This document shows positions 29,281 to 42,187 of a stretch of DNA of 64,000 bases, piece by piece. This DNA comes from Eledone cirrhosa. Taxonomy: Eukaryota. The position numbers were made by a program, and so were the translations under genes. Location of the stretch: positions 297,228,001 to 297,292,000 of the forward strand of contig OZ024741.1 in assembly GCA_964016885.1 (NCBI GenBank), written 5' to 3'. Within the stretch, counting starts at the first letter, position 1, and every line of letters starts with the position of its first letter. Under the pieces are notes generated by a model. The model made no database searches. It saw only the letters and a program-made list of their open reading frames with translations, and was not told the origin of the DNA.

Positions 29281-30968
29281 CCAACATTCCTTATTAGAGT
29301 GTGCAATTGAGGGACCCATTATCTCTTGAGGTAATGTGTTGGCTTGCCTCAAAAATTATTTGAGGGAAACTCCAGTACCCTCTGTTATAGTGTGAAATTA
29401 AGGGACCCATTATCACCTGAGGTAATGCCATGTCTTGGCTTAGAAGGAAACCCTATAACCCTCTGTTGTGGCATGTAATTGACTGTTCATCTCTTCTCCC
29501 AACCATTTTTCATCTGCTTTTTGTTTTCTTTCTTTCTGCAAATTGTTCATCTTTTGATAATTTATGTCAAAATTAAATCACAGACAAATGGATAAAATCA
29601 GTGTTGATGGCTTTATTATCAACTATATACAAAATGTTGGTGTGAAACATTCTTCCAAGCTCCTTTCCTGGTGATTTATATACAAATGAGGATTCTAAAT
29701 GAATAATCAATTAATTTGCTAATTGATATTGGCTCTTTGATGCAATAAAGATTGCATGAATTATAAGAAAAAGTATCCACAGCAAATGTAGTTGAGATAT
29801 ATATAATCAGAAAAATGTCATTTTTTCTGATACTCATATAAACAGGACCAGCACTACCATTAAGCCCAACTGAGGGGGCTTCAGAGAGGTGCATCACTAA
29901 ACACTAAAGGATCAGTTTTATACAAATTTATGTAATTAACTTCAATATATAATTATTTCCTGTGATCAGTAAATAAATACCTAAACATCTTTGCCATGTA
30001 ACAGTATTTTGGAAATATCCAAATCAGTGGAGAGGGTCATATGGTGTTATGACATGGGTGTGTGTGGACAGTGTAATAATTTTCTTAGTATGGTTAGAGC
30101 AAGAAGTGTCAAAAACTAGATGTCAGCCTGCTAAACTAAGTTGAAATTAATTTATTTGGGAGAATGAGACACACATAGTATGGTTAGCCTATGGCACTAA
30201 ATACCCAGGTGTTGGCCCTGCATATGACTAGCCAAAACATAAACTATTTAAACTGTTTTTTGTGAACTCAAGTTAAAATGTTTTCAATTCTAATAATTTG
30301 TAACTACATGTACAGGTGATTGTATATTTACACAATATCATTTTCTTAAATGAACCAAACAATTTTTGAAAACTTAATGACTTTTGATACGATGAATATT
30401 CTTCACTGAAGAGATCTAATTAGATTGAAGGTCCACTCCCACTGCACTGTCTTACATTGTTTCAAAAATCTTGGATCAGCTGATGCTATAGTTCTCTGCC
30501 TTGCTTGCTTCACATCACCTGGACATCTTTAGAGGGAATTTTGATCTTAAAATCGCAAGGATAACTTGGTTGATTGGAGTTTTTTTTTTCTCACTCACCA
30601 TATTTAGGCAAAACTTCATTTGTATGTAATAATTATTCGAATGTTGATATGAATTATTTGAATAGAGTTATGTTCAGATGTTGTAGAGATGAAGACATCA
30701 ATATCATTTGATGTCAGTTCTCCCTGCTAATCAATATTACAAAAATATAAATCATTTACTAATGCAGAAACTCCAGTTCAAAACAAGGTGAAGGTGTCAA
30801 TATGTGAATGGATTATTTATAGGGTAAATGATAAAGGATGAGGCAAATTAGTTGGTTTATAAAATATGTCAAATCTGATAATCCTTAAGATTAGATGTGA
30901 AAATTGTTTGTACATTAATGACAGCAGAAATGAGAATAGTTCCTTGTATTAAGCTAGTCTTTTTTTTT

Positions 30969-31076
30969 TTACATTCCTAGCATTTCTTTGACTTGATTTT
31001 CCTCTTCCTGTAATGATTCACTGGCATATTTCTCTAATAGTTCAACTTTCTTTCGCTGGACAAGAGCTTCTTCAAT
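30969..31076 (-). CDS. ISY1: ISY1 exon 11 (terminal)
   Basis: cag|IEEALVQRKKVELLEKYASESLQEEENQVKEMLGM*. Confidence 0.94.
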   Translation of the reverse strand: MEEALVQRKKVELLEKYASESLQEEENQVKEMLGM

Positions 31077-34000
31077 CTGAAACAAAAACACCAAATAAAA
31101 TGAGTATTCGTGGGTCTTGAATAATGCCCCACCCGGCTTATTAATTTTTCAGTTGGTTTCTTTTTTGAATTTTGCAAATCTATCTCCTATCTCCACCAAC
31201 ATTTTATTTTAAGTGGTAGCATTCCTGCGACAATTAAATTTCTTTACACATTAAAAAACATCATACATGACAAAAAGAACATTACAAGAAATCCCATACG
31301 TTATAAAATAAATAACATGGGTTGGAGTCTCAGTATGTAAACTAAATGACTAATTCTGGTTTCTTAAAAAATCAATGGAGACAACCTAGAAAAATTACCG
31401 ATTTTCCACCCCCCCACCCATTATTTGGGACCTGAGAGTACCAAACTTGAAATAATTATACTAGGGTCAAATCCTTAACTTGGCTGCAGTTTAAGGAGTG
31501 AAACTAGTAAAAGAAATAAAATGTCAGCTATTAACCATTTATAGTTGTCAAAGATCAATGAACAACTCCATTGAATGGGTTTTTAAAATATAATCCTTTT
31601 GCTATCAACCTGCCCCAAAACTACCTCTCCTAAGAAACCACTCAGTTGAAAGGGTTTCTATTTAAACTAAAATATTTCAACATAATCTGATAAAAGAACT
31701 TTTGTTAAATTATGTTACAAATACCATCTTAATGAAATAGTAAATATTTTAGTAAATGCTTCAAAATTTTTCATTTATTAATTAAAATACAGTGTATTTG
31801 ATAGAAATATGGTAACTGTCCAACCGATGCAAGTGTGGAAAAACAAACGCAAAAACAATCGTGATGATAAGGTTCTTCCTGTCTCTTTCTGGAAGAAATT
31901 GGCTGTGTTCAGACCTGGAGAGGGATGGGCTCTGCCAGGTTTAAATGCTCAAAACATGTCAGATCAAGTGCCTCTACAACTCTGAGATTTAAGGGTCCTT
32001 TCCTTTCCTTGATTTTTCATGGACTTTATTTCAGAAGTGCTGCTGCTACTGCTACTACTACTGTTGCTGCTAACTATACTTGTGTATCTATCACATCTAA
32101 AGTCCTTCTTCTCTATCAACCTGTACTAATTACATTGAAGAGTATCAGGCTAAGTAATGTTCCAAACATCAGTGTAATAATAAAGTTAAGTTGTGTTACT
32201 TAATTCCTTCAAATTATTCATGTATTTCACTAGAAATTTGTGAAAAGGATTAAAAGATTATACTTTGAAATAAATAAAGAAATTGTTAAAAACCTATTTT
32301 ACCTCTTGTTGAGATGGTACAGGAACATGAGCAATGAAATGTTGGTTTTCTCCTTCTGTTCCAGTATTTTCCTGCTCATCATCAGAATCAGACTGTAAAA
32401 CAACCAATATTTTAGTAACTTTTTATAGAATCAAACTCAAAACTTTACCGATATAAGGGCAAAGGAAATGCATTAGCCAGAGGAAACTATAGAGGCATCG
32501 AGTTTATAGATCAGGTCCAGAAAGAGTTATTGCACACCTGATTAGGGACCAAATTAACCTAAATGAGATGCAGTTCAGATCTGTACTGGGTAAAAGTATC
32601 ACTGATGCCATCTTCCTTGTGAGGCAACTCTCAGAGGAGTACTTTGCTAAACATAAGCCCCTCTACTTAGTATTTGTTGACCTGGAAAAGGCTTTTGACA
32701 GAGTCCCCTGTTCCATAATCTAGTGGGCTCTTAGAAAACAAGGGGAAGACGAGTGACTTATGAGGGCAGTACAAGCCATGTACAAAAGAGCAGTCAGTAA
32801 GATTAGAGTTAACAATGATTATAGTGAGGAATTTAGTGCGCAAGTGGGGGGTTCATAAGGACTCTGTTCTTAGCCCTCTCCTGTTTATTATTGTCCTGTA
32901 GGCTATAATGGAAGAGTTTAAGACTGACTGCCCAGGAGCACTCCAAGCAGAATCTATGGAAAATTAAAGAAGAAATCCCTGACCTGGAAGCATAGCTTGG
33001 AATCAAAAGGTCTTTAAGTCAACAAGCAAAGATTTAAGTCAACTAGCAAAGATTCAAGTCCTAGCACGTAGAAAGGAAAGCAGGGCTGTGATTCCTTCAG
33101 GGAAATGGCCTTGTTCCAAATGCAAACAATGAGTACACAAGAGATATAGTGGGCTCTCAGGTAGGCTAGCAGAGAACGTAGGTTTCATATGTGGTCAATG
33201 CACAAGAGCACTAAGCAACAAGAGCTTACAGGAAACAAGCTCTATTAAATTCTCAGAGGGCACCATAGAAGTAATTGATAGCTTCTGTTACCAGTTACCA
33301 GAGGTGATGGGTGTTCTGAAAGCACAGCAGCCAGAGTGAGAACGGGAATGAAAAAGTTCAAGGAGCTACTACTGCTGCTAACTGCAAAGGGTGATTCCCT
33401 CAAAATGAAAGTCAAATTTTATGTTGCTTGTGTACAAAAAGCAATGATGCATGGAAGGGAGACATGTACACTGTGAAGAAGACTTGTGATGATTGGAAAG
33501 AAATGAAGCTTGCATGCATCGATGGATGTGTAATAGGAGTGTGCATAAACGACTAAACGTCAATGAATTGAGAGAGAAATTGGATGCAGTGTGCAACAGA
33601 GGAAGCTGCGGAAGAAAGGACATGTGATTACCACGGAGGACGACGGCAGTATAAAAAGGTGCAGGGAGTTAAAATTGATGGAAGCTATGGCAGAGGAAGA
33701 TCTAGGAAAGTTTGGGATGAGGTGATAAAAGCTGACCTTGCACATTTAAATCTCTCAAAGGAGATGACACAGGATCAAGATCTCTGTTGTACTGTAGAAG
33801 ACCTACCTTTCCATATGCACATGATGAAACAATATGTAAAGGACATTAGCCTGTAACAAATGTCCCCCTATCCTTACCCATTCTCTCTTCCTAGTCTGAA
33901 AACCCTCACCCTAATCTAATACCCCACTCACCTCATCCCATGTCCAACTTGCATACTTCCTTCCCTCCCCACCTTCCACGCTCCTGAGGTACCCCTCATG

Positions 34001-37000
34001 TTATGTTCAACCTATGCATACAAGCGTGGAAAGCTGAACATGCTCCAAGTCTGCTTCCCACTCCTTCCACAATGCTGCTGCCATGACAAAAAGCACTTTG
34101 TCTACACTGTATGGTGATCTGGCACCACAACAAATGCACCCAGTCCATCTTGTAAGGTGGTCACACTGGTAACATAATATGAAGCAGCTCTAAATGCAAT
34201 CTATAAGATGTTTGTGCTGGTCACATGACAGGGGATCCCTCCCCAGTCCACCCTGTTTGATGGTCATTTTGGTGCCACGATAAAAAGCAACCAGTCCACA
34301 CTCTCCAGCCATAGATACTGAGCCAAAATACAGATATGTACAAGCGATACGTGGTCTCCAGACCTGACTTGTTTCATAATGCAACAACCTGTCTAACCCA
34401 TGCAAGTGTGGAAAATGGACATTAAACTGTGATGATGATAACAGACTGGGTTACTAGTTCAAACTAATAGCAATATAAATAAATAAAATATCCCTTTACA
34501 AAGTGTTGGCTGAGTGTATTTTACTGTAGCACTGTCACTAACATTTTACTGTGTTCATTTAATCATGGCACCAGTACTATCACATTATAGTGTGGACTAC
34601 ATGCATTTTATCATGGCACCAGCACTATCTCTTTACACACTGTACTGGGTGCATTTTATCATGTCAGTATAAGTTTTTTGAGTAACGTTACTCGAGAGAA
34701 TACATAGCTCGAAGATCATAGAGTCACTCCAGGTAGACCCACTACTTCTCTGAATTGAGAGATCACAGATCCGATACTATGGGCATGTGGTTAGAATGTC
34801 TCAGGAAAGAATTGCTGGACAGATTTTATGGACAAAACCAACTGGCAGACCCAGGGGTAGAACCCAAGCAAGATGGTTGGACAACATTCATGAGCTTGAC
34901 TGGTCTCGCTTGGGGATCCAGCCAGATCAGTTAGAGATGGTTGCTTCTGACAGGATTCTCTGGAAGAAGTGTTTGAGAACTCTTCCCCCACGACCCTCTC
35001 AGGAATAAGTGGGCGAAAAAGAAGTTGATAAATTTTGTTTTCTTACATCTTCTGCTACTGCATAGATATTAGTGTCACCCTCTTCTTCATTATTTGATGT
35101 CTCTTCATTGATTTCTCCTCTTAAAAGAGCTGCTTTCTTTTCTTTCCACTCTTCTATCTTTTTCTCTAAGGCTAAAAACACAAAGTGATTAGGTTAAAAA
35201 GATTAACCCTGCCATTACCATATTACTAATGAAATACATTGCTTATAATTTTCAAATTATTTTTGAAATAATCAAAAATTTGGAGAATCTTTCCAGCAAG
35301 GAAATACACATTAAATGATAATGATGTTGTGAGTCCGTATTTATATAGCAATTCTACAATCCCAACCGAAGATGAAGGTTATATCTCACTTAGTTAAAGA
35401 ATTACTGAGTACCGGAGTGAAGATACATCAATTGGGGCAATATATATATATACGATCGGTCTGTAGGTGGACGTATGGGTAGTTGTGTTGTACCTATGCA
35501 TGCTTTAAGTATGTGTAGATTGGAGGTAGGGTTTCAATCTCCTTTATCTAAAATCTAGTCAAGGCGCATAGCTTAGTGGTTAGAGCATTGGGCTTGCAAT
35601 CGAAAGGTCGTGAGTTCAATTCTCGGACCGGGTGATGTGTTGTTTCCTTGAGCAAGACACTTTATTTCACATTGCTCCAGTTTACTCATCTGTAGAAATA
35701 AGATGATAGGACTATGGTCCCTATCATTCCACTGCAAAGTGGACGTGTAGGCGCCACGGAAAAAAGCATCCAGCACTCACTGTAAATGAGGTTGGTGTTA
35801 GGAAGGGCATCTAGCTGTAGAAATCAAGCCAGAATCAGTTCCCGTATGAGCAAGATAAGGTCAGCCGACCTAAAATTGCTCACAACAAGACAACCCGTCT
35901 AACCCATGCTAGCGTGGAAGATCGGACGTAAAATGGTGATGATGATGATGATGATATATATAGATATCTTTCTTTATTTGATATATGTATCTATCTATAT
36001 ACTAGAAGTTGATGGAAACCGCGGAGTGGGGAGACCCAAGATGACCTGGGATGAGGTGATAAAAGCCGACCTTACCCAATTACACCTCTCAAAGGCAATG
36101 ACACACGACCGTGACTTCTGGCGTCACACAGTAATACAGAGTACCCGACCTCCCATGGGTACAAGCTGAAGCATATAGACAATATGCCCCCACAACCCCC
36201 CACTGCAAGGTGGTCGTGGAGGTGCCACGGAAAAAAGCACCCAGCCCACACTGTAAAGTGGACGTGTAGGCGCCACGAAAAAGCACCCAGCACTCACTGT
36301 AAATGAGGTTGGTGTTAGGAAGGGCATCCAGCTGTAGAAATCAAGCCAGATCAGTTCCTGTATGAGCAAGGCAAGGTCAGCCGACCAGACACTGCCCACA
36401 ACAGGACAACCCATCTAACCCATGCTAGCGTGGAAGAACGGACGTAAAACGGTGATGATGATGATGATGATGATATATCAATTAAAGAGTTATCTGTCAC
36501 TAATACTTAGACATTTCAATGAAAAGATAAAATATACTAATAAATTATCAACTCAGAGAAGTAATAAAACATATTAAACTTAAGCCCAAATATTGATACA
36601 GCAGCAACATGCTTTATATTCAATATCGCTTCTTATTCCAAAAAATTCTCCTCCTGAAGATGCAATTTAAATTCTTCCAATATTGGTTGTTCCAATGTTT
36701 TTAAATAACACTGTTTCTTGAATTCCAGAAACCATGGTTGGGGCACTATATAAGTAAAACTAACTTATTTCAGTTGGTCTAGTTTATACCCCCCAAAAAG
36801 AGATTTTGGTTTAAGTATAATATATTATGTGTATGTGTGTGTATATATATATATATATATGGATGTGTATATGATATATGTAAGAGGTGACTTAGTGCCC
36901 CTATTGATGTGACTTCACTCTGGTACTTAGTAATTCTTTAACTAAGCAAGATAAAACCTTAATCTTTGGTTGGGATTGCAGAATTGCTTTTATATAATAG

Positions 37001-40000
37001 TGCAATAGATACTAACCATACTTTATACAATTCTGAGAATTTTTAAACTTCATAACCATATTTCTAATGAAATATACTCTATTTCAATTTATTAATGAAT
37101 AATTTTGAGGGAATTACAAAAATTATTATTTCTATATTAAGATAGTAACTTAACACGTGGTTCTTATATACAATATTTTAATTTAAATAAGAACCCTTTA
37201 AAATGAGTGGCTTTGTTTCATAGAACCAGATCCAGTTTTGACTAGGTTGGTATCAAAAGGGTTAACAAAATGTGTCTTTCACAGCTTACCAAGTTTTTCT
37301 TGTTCCTGTTCCAAAGGAATAAGAACTCCATCATCATCATCTCTATAACCATAGTAGACAGCATCAATGTCTTTCATAAGATCTGCACGGGTTTTTCTTG
37401 GCTGGGATGGAGCTGTCGGGAGGAAATATAATTACAGCATCACATCAGAAAGACTCTTAAAATACAAGTGTTTTAAGATCACTAAGCAAAGGTTAGAAGA
37501 TCAAGCTCCTTGATAAGTTTCTTATCATTTACATCCTTCCTCACCAATACCTGGTTTTTATTTCTTTCTCCTTCCTCTACTTCCTTCTGCATTTCCATCA
37601 CTCACCCCATTTCATTTCTGTTCACAACAATCATCATATCACCTTAGTATCTTATTTCATTTCTCTTCACAACATTCATCACTAGCTCTATTTCCATCAT
37701 TCCTTTCACCCAGTCACTTTCATCTTTCCTAAACACGACTTAACTATCTCATTCCATTTCTCTTCATAATATTCATCACTAGTTCTATCCCCATCATTTT
37801 CTGAGCAATACTTCCCTGACCCACTGGACCATCTCATTTCTATTGCCAATCTTATCTACTGCTCCATGTTCATCAGTCATATCTTACATCTATAAATCGT
37901 GGCACTTCTCACACATGCAGCATATACCTTTCCTTCCAGTTTCAGTGATACTCCCCTCCTTATTAACACACCACTCAGTGTGTATTCAGTTTAGAATAGG
38001 TACACTGTATTCCTGCATGTTGTAAGAGGTGACTAAAAGAGTTAGCACCAAGGACAGCCAGACATAAAACAGTGCCTCAAAAAGAACCCTATGATAAGTA
38101 CTAATGGGTTCCAAATAAGAGGGGGGTGGATGGGGTGGAAAATCGGTAACTTTTCTAGGTCGTCTCCATTGATATTTTAAAATCCCAAATTAGTCCATTA
38201 GTTTACATATAGAGACTCCAACTTATCCTATTTATTTTATAATGTATGGGATTTCTAATAATGTACTTTTTTTGTCATGTATCATGTTTTTTAATGTCTA
38301 AGGAAAATTAAATGTTGCAGCAGTAATGCTACCACTTAAAATAAAATTTCGCCAGAGATAGATTAGCAAAATTCAATGAGGGGGTCAGGTGGAAAAAATC
38401 TGAAACACCAATAAGCAGGTAGGAGTGGGCAGTATTCGAAACCCAAGAGTAAAATAACTGATAAAACAGAAGTAGAGTATAATATCTCAGCCTAAGTCTG
38501 GTCTACTGAAGAATAAGCATAATGTCAATTGCATCCGAATTCACAAATCAAATGGTACTGAATAGAAGTAAAGTTGAAATTTTAAAGCTTGCCTGGCTTT
38601 CATTGAAACTTACGTTCTTGTTCAAAAAGTTCCCGAACACCAGGAAGTTCTTTTGCTGCCCCAAAGTACCTAAAATAAATAAATAAGGAGTAAAATAAAA
38701 GTAAACCCTTTCAGGGTTGAGAAATAGAGTAGCAGTCCAGTACCAGGTGGATTGGTAGAATTGTTAAATATTCATACAGGATACTTTGCGTATGTTCAGG
38801 CTCTATACATTTTGAGTTCAAATCCAAAACCAGCAGATACTACACCCCTTCTATACCAGGCTACCCTCTTGTGGGAAATAACCAAAAGACCAGCAAACAC
38901 CCATGCATTGCAATTTTATCTTCTCTACAACACCATTGTTATCGAAGTGAAAGGCAAAGGCTGATGCTGCTTGGCACGGGTGTCATCATAACTCTTTCTT
39001 TTTTAACTGAAGCAATGTGAAATAGTGTCATGCTCAAAAACACAATGTGCCCCTCAGCCCAGGAATTGAAATCAAAACCTTATGATTGTGAGCCTAACAC
39101 CCTAACTGATAAGCCACACACCTTCATATGTCACAACAGTCAATTATGTATAAAGAAACTTGCATGTCATGGTACAAGTCTAGTTACCTATATCCTAACT
39201 GTTCTAATTTCATTCTGAAATATTTCTAATATTAATAACAACAGTTATGGTATTTTTTTCATATTTTAGGTACCACAAATTCCATGTATTAAAATGAGTG
39301 TTTACATGGTTTTAAATTAGATTCATTTACATATACAAATACTAACGATTTCAGTAAAATACTCACTTATAACCTCTGTTTCCTGGCACCTCTTTACCTT
39401 CATGATCCAACATCTTGGGACCAACTCTCTGAAAAATTGATTTATTGCAATAAAGATTTTTCAGTCCATATATTGACTGCAAACAATATAAGAGATTTAC
39501 CATTGATACAAACAACCTATCTCTAAAGATAGTGGCTCCATGACCTGACTGAGAGCTAACTTGGTCTGTGATGCCCTGTACAACCAATGCTAACATGGAA
39601 AAGCAGATGTTAAATAATGATGACAATTATACATGAAAATATGAAGTATACATAAGCAAAAAACAAATGTAAACCAGTTCTTGAGAAAAACATGGTTGTT
39701 GCAACTTCCTAAGAATATTAACCCTTTAATTACCAGCCTGGCTCTAGTTCTATGAAATAAAACCGCCCATTTTAAAGGTTTCCAATTTAAATGAAAATCT
39801 TCCAACATAATTTTATACAAGAACCTTACATTAAGTTACTATATTAGTAATGAAATAATCAATAATTTTAGTAAATCCCTCAAAATTATTAATTAATTAA
39901 TTAAAATAGAGTGTATTTCATTAGAAATGCAATCGTGAAAGGGTTAAGCATGCAACATTTTACCCCAGTCATGTTGAAAATCATTTAAACTCACAACCAA

Positions 40001-42118
40001 GTAAACCAAATGTAAATGCAATAAAATATATAGTTTGGTGCTCCACTGATTCAGTCCATACAATAAAGTATATGTCCATTATCATATTATGGCATTTATT
40101 GACTAACGTCTGTCACCAAACTATTTCTTCACAACTATAAACAGAAATGCATTGCTTCATTAATAGTTAGTTAAACCTTTCCATATAACTATGTCACTTT
40201 AATATGGAAAAGTAAAAAAATGGGAAAGAAAGGAACTGATCATTAGATTGGTTCAAAGAAACTATGTTTCTATTGGTCTCTCTATTGCTGATACTATCTG
40301 CCAGTTACAACTCCTGACAGAAGGAGGTGAGATTTAAACTTAGAATACAGAGTTGGATCAGACACCACAAAGAATCCTATCCAACACTTTTAACAATTCT
40401 GTCAATCCACCACCTCTAGAATCATATTTGATTTTTCAACCCCGAAAGGATGAAAGACAAAGTTGACCTCAATGAAATTTTAACTCAGAGCACAGAGGTG
40501 GCAGAAATACCAAGGCCTTTAATCCAATAGATCCAATTCATATGAAATACTTAAATATTTGCTTACATCAACTCACCTTGTAATCAGGACCTCCAAGTTC
40601 TTTAATCCTGTCTTCCCAATGACCTTTCTCTCGCAGAAGCTTGTTAATTTCATCATTAACATCCCGCAGTTTAAACTCTCCCAGACCAGCTAATAAAAGA
40701 GAAGTAAAGATAATGAAGTCATTGATATATTTGGCCCAATGAACTTTCAATGTCCACAAATAATTGGACAATGATTTTCTTGTTTATCTCTTACACAAGC
40801 TCGTCTATTGATCTGAGATGTTCTATCAAATGGATCTCAACATATATATCATCATCAAACGTCCATTTTCCACGCTAGCATGGGTCTGGACGGGAATTGT
40901 CCCACTTGAGGCAAGATTGGTTGTCTTGCTCAGGACTGTCTGGCAGGTTTTCTACGGCTGGATGCCCTTCCTAACACCAACCACGTTTACAGTGTGGACT
41001 GGGAGGTTTTTACCATGTTACCTACATGGCCACATTACAGCGTGGACTGTGTGTTTTATTGTCGTGACACCTACACGTCTGGCGGGTTTTCTACGGCTGG
41101 GTGCCCTTCCCAACACCAACCACGTTTACAGTGTGTACTGGGAGGTTTTTACTGTTACCTACACGGCCACATTACAGCGTGGACTGTGTTATTTTGTCGT
41201 GACACCTACACGACCTCATTTGTTTCGGACTGGATGTTGTGGTACCAACATAACTTCACATTTAAGGGGGTGGTGTGGATGGGGTGGGGGTAGTGGGACG
41301 GGGGTGTATTTTGTTAGAGGTGCCTACTGATTGTAGGTTTCGCTTTGTACTTAGGCAAGGCGGGTCTTCTGTATAACTGTCCAGTGACATTGTCTTGGAG
41401 AGGTGTAAGTGTGTGAAGTCGGAATTTATCAAGTCATCCCAGGTTTTTCTGGGTCTGCCTACTCCGTGGCTACCATCTATTTTTATCGCCCTGCCCTTTT
41501 TTATACAGCTGTCGTCTTCCATACCAACGTAGTCTTCTCTCGAGTAACAACATCTGATCCCTCTTATTCCTAATTTCTCCCTTAGTTCATTTATGCTTTG
41601 CCGTTCACGTATATTACTATTACACATCCAGCGGAGCATGCAAGCTTCGTTTCTCTCCAGTCTGCGTATATCCTCTGCACACAATGCCCAGGTCTCACTG
41701 CCATGTAACATTGCTGTTCGTATGCAGGCATCATACAGCCTGCCTTTCATTTTTAGAGAGAACCCTTTAGCGGCCAATAGTGGTATAAGCTCTCTGAACT
41801 TTTTCCATCCCGTTCTGACTCTAGCTACTGTACTTTCAGAGCACCCTCCCCCACTGCTGATTTTGTCACCCAGGTAACGGAAGCTGTCCACTATTTCTAT
41901 AGAACCATCTGTGCAATGGAATGAGCTAGTATTCTGTGGGCACTTGCTGCTACTTATTGAACTAGAGCACCGGCCACATATAAAATCTATGTTCTTAGTT
42001 AGCTTACCTGTGATCCCACTACATCTTTTATGCACATATATATATACATAAAATGCACCCAGTATGGATCTAGCTGTCGAAACGGCCGGAGCTCAACCAT
42101 CGGGGTCTTGACTATTTT

Positions 42119-42187
<69 letters not shown>

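Noticed and set aside
35360-35437. Additional hammerhead-like traces (also ~42055-42095, ~42418-42460, ~50310-50345)
   Set aside because: Each lacks one or more essential core elements; at best decayed Penelope-type remnants.
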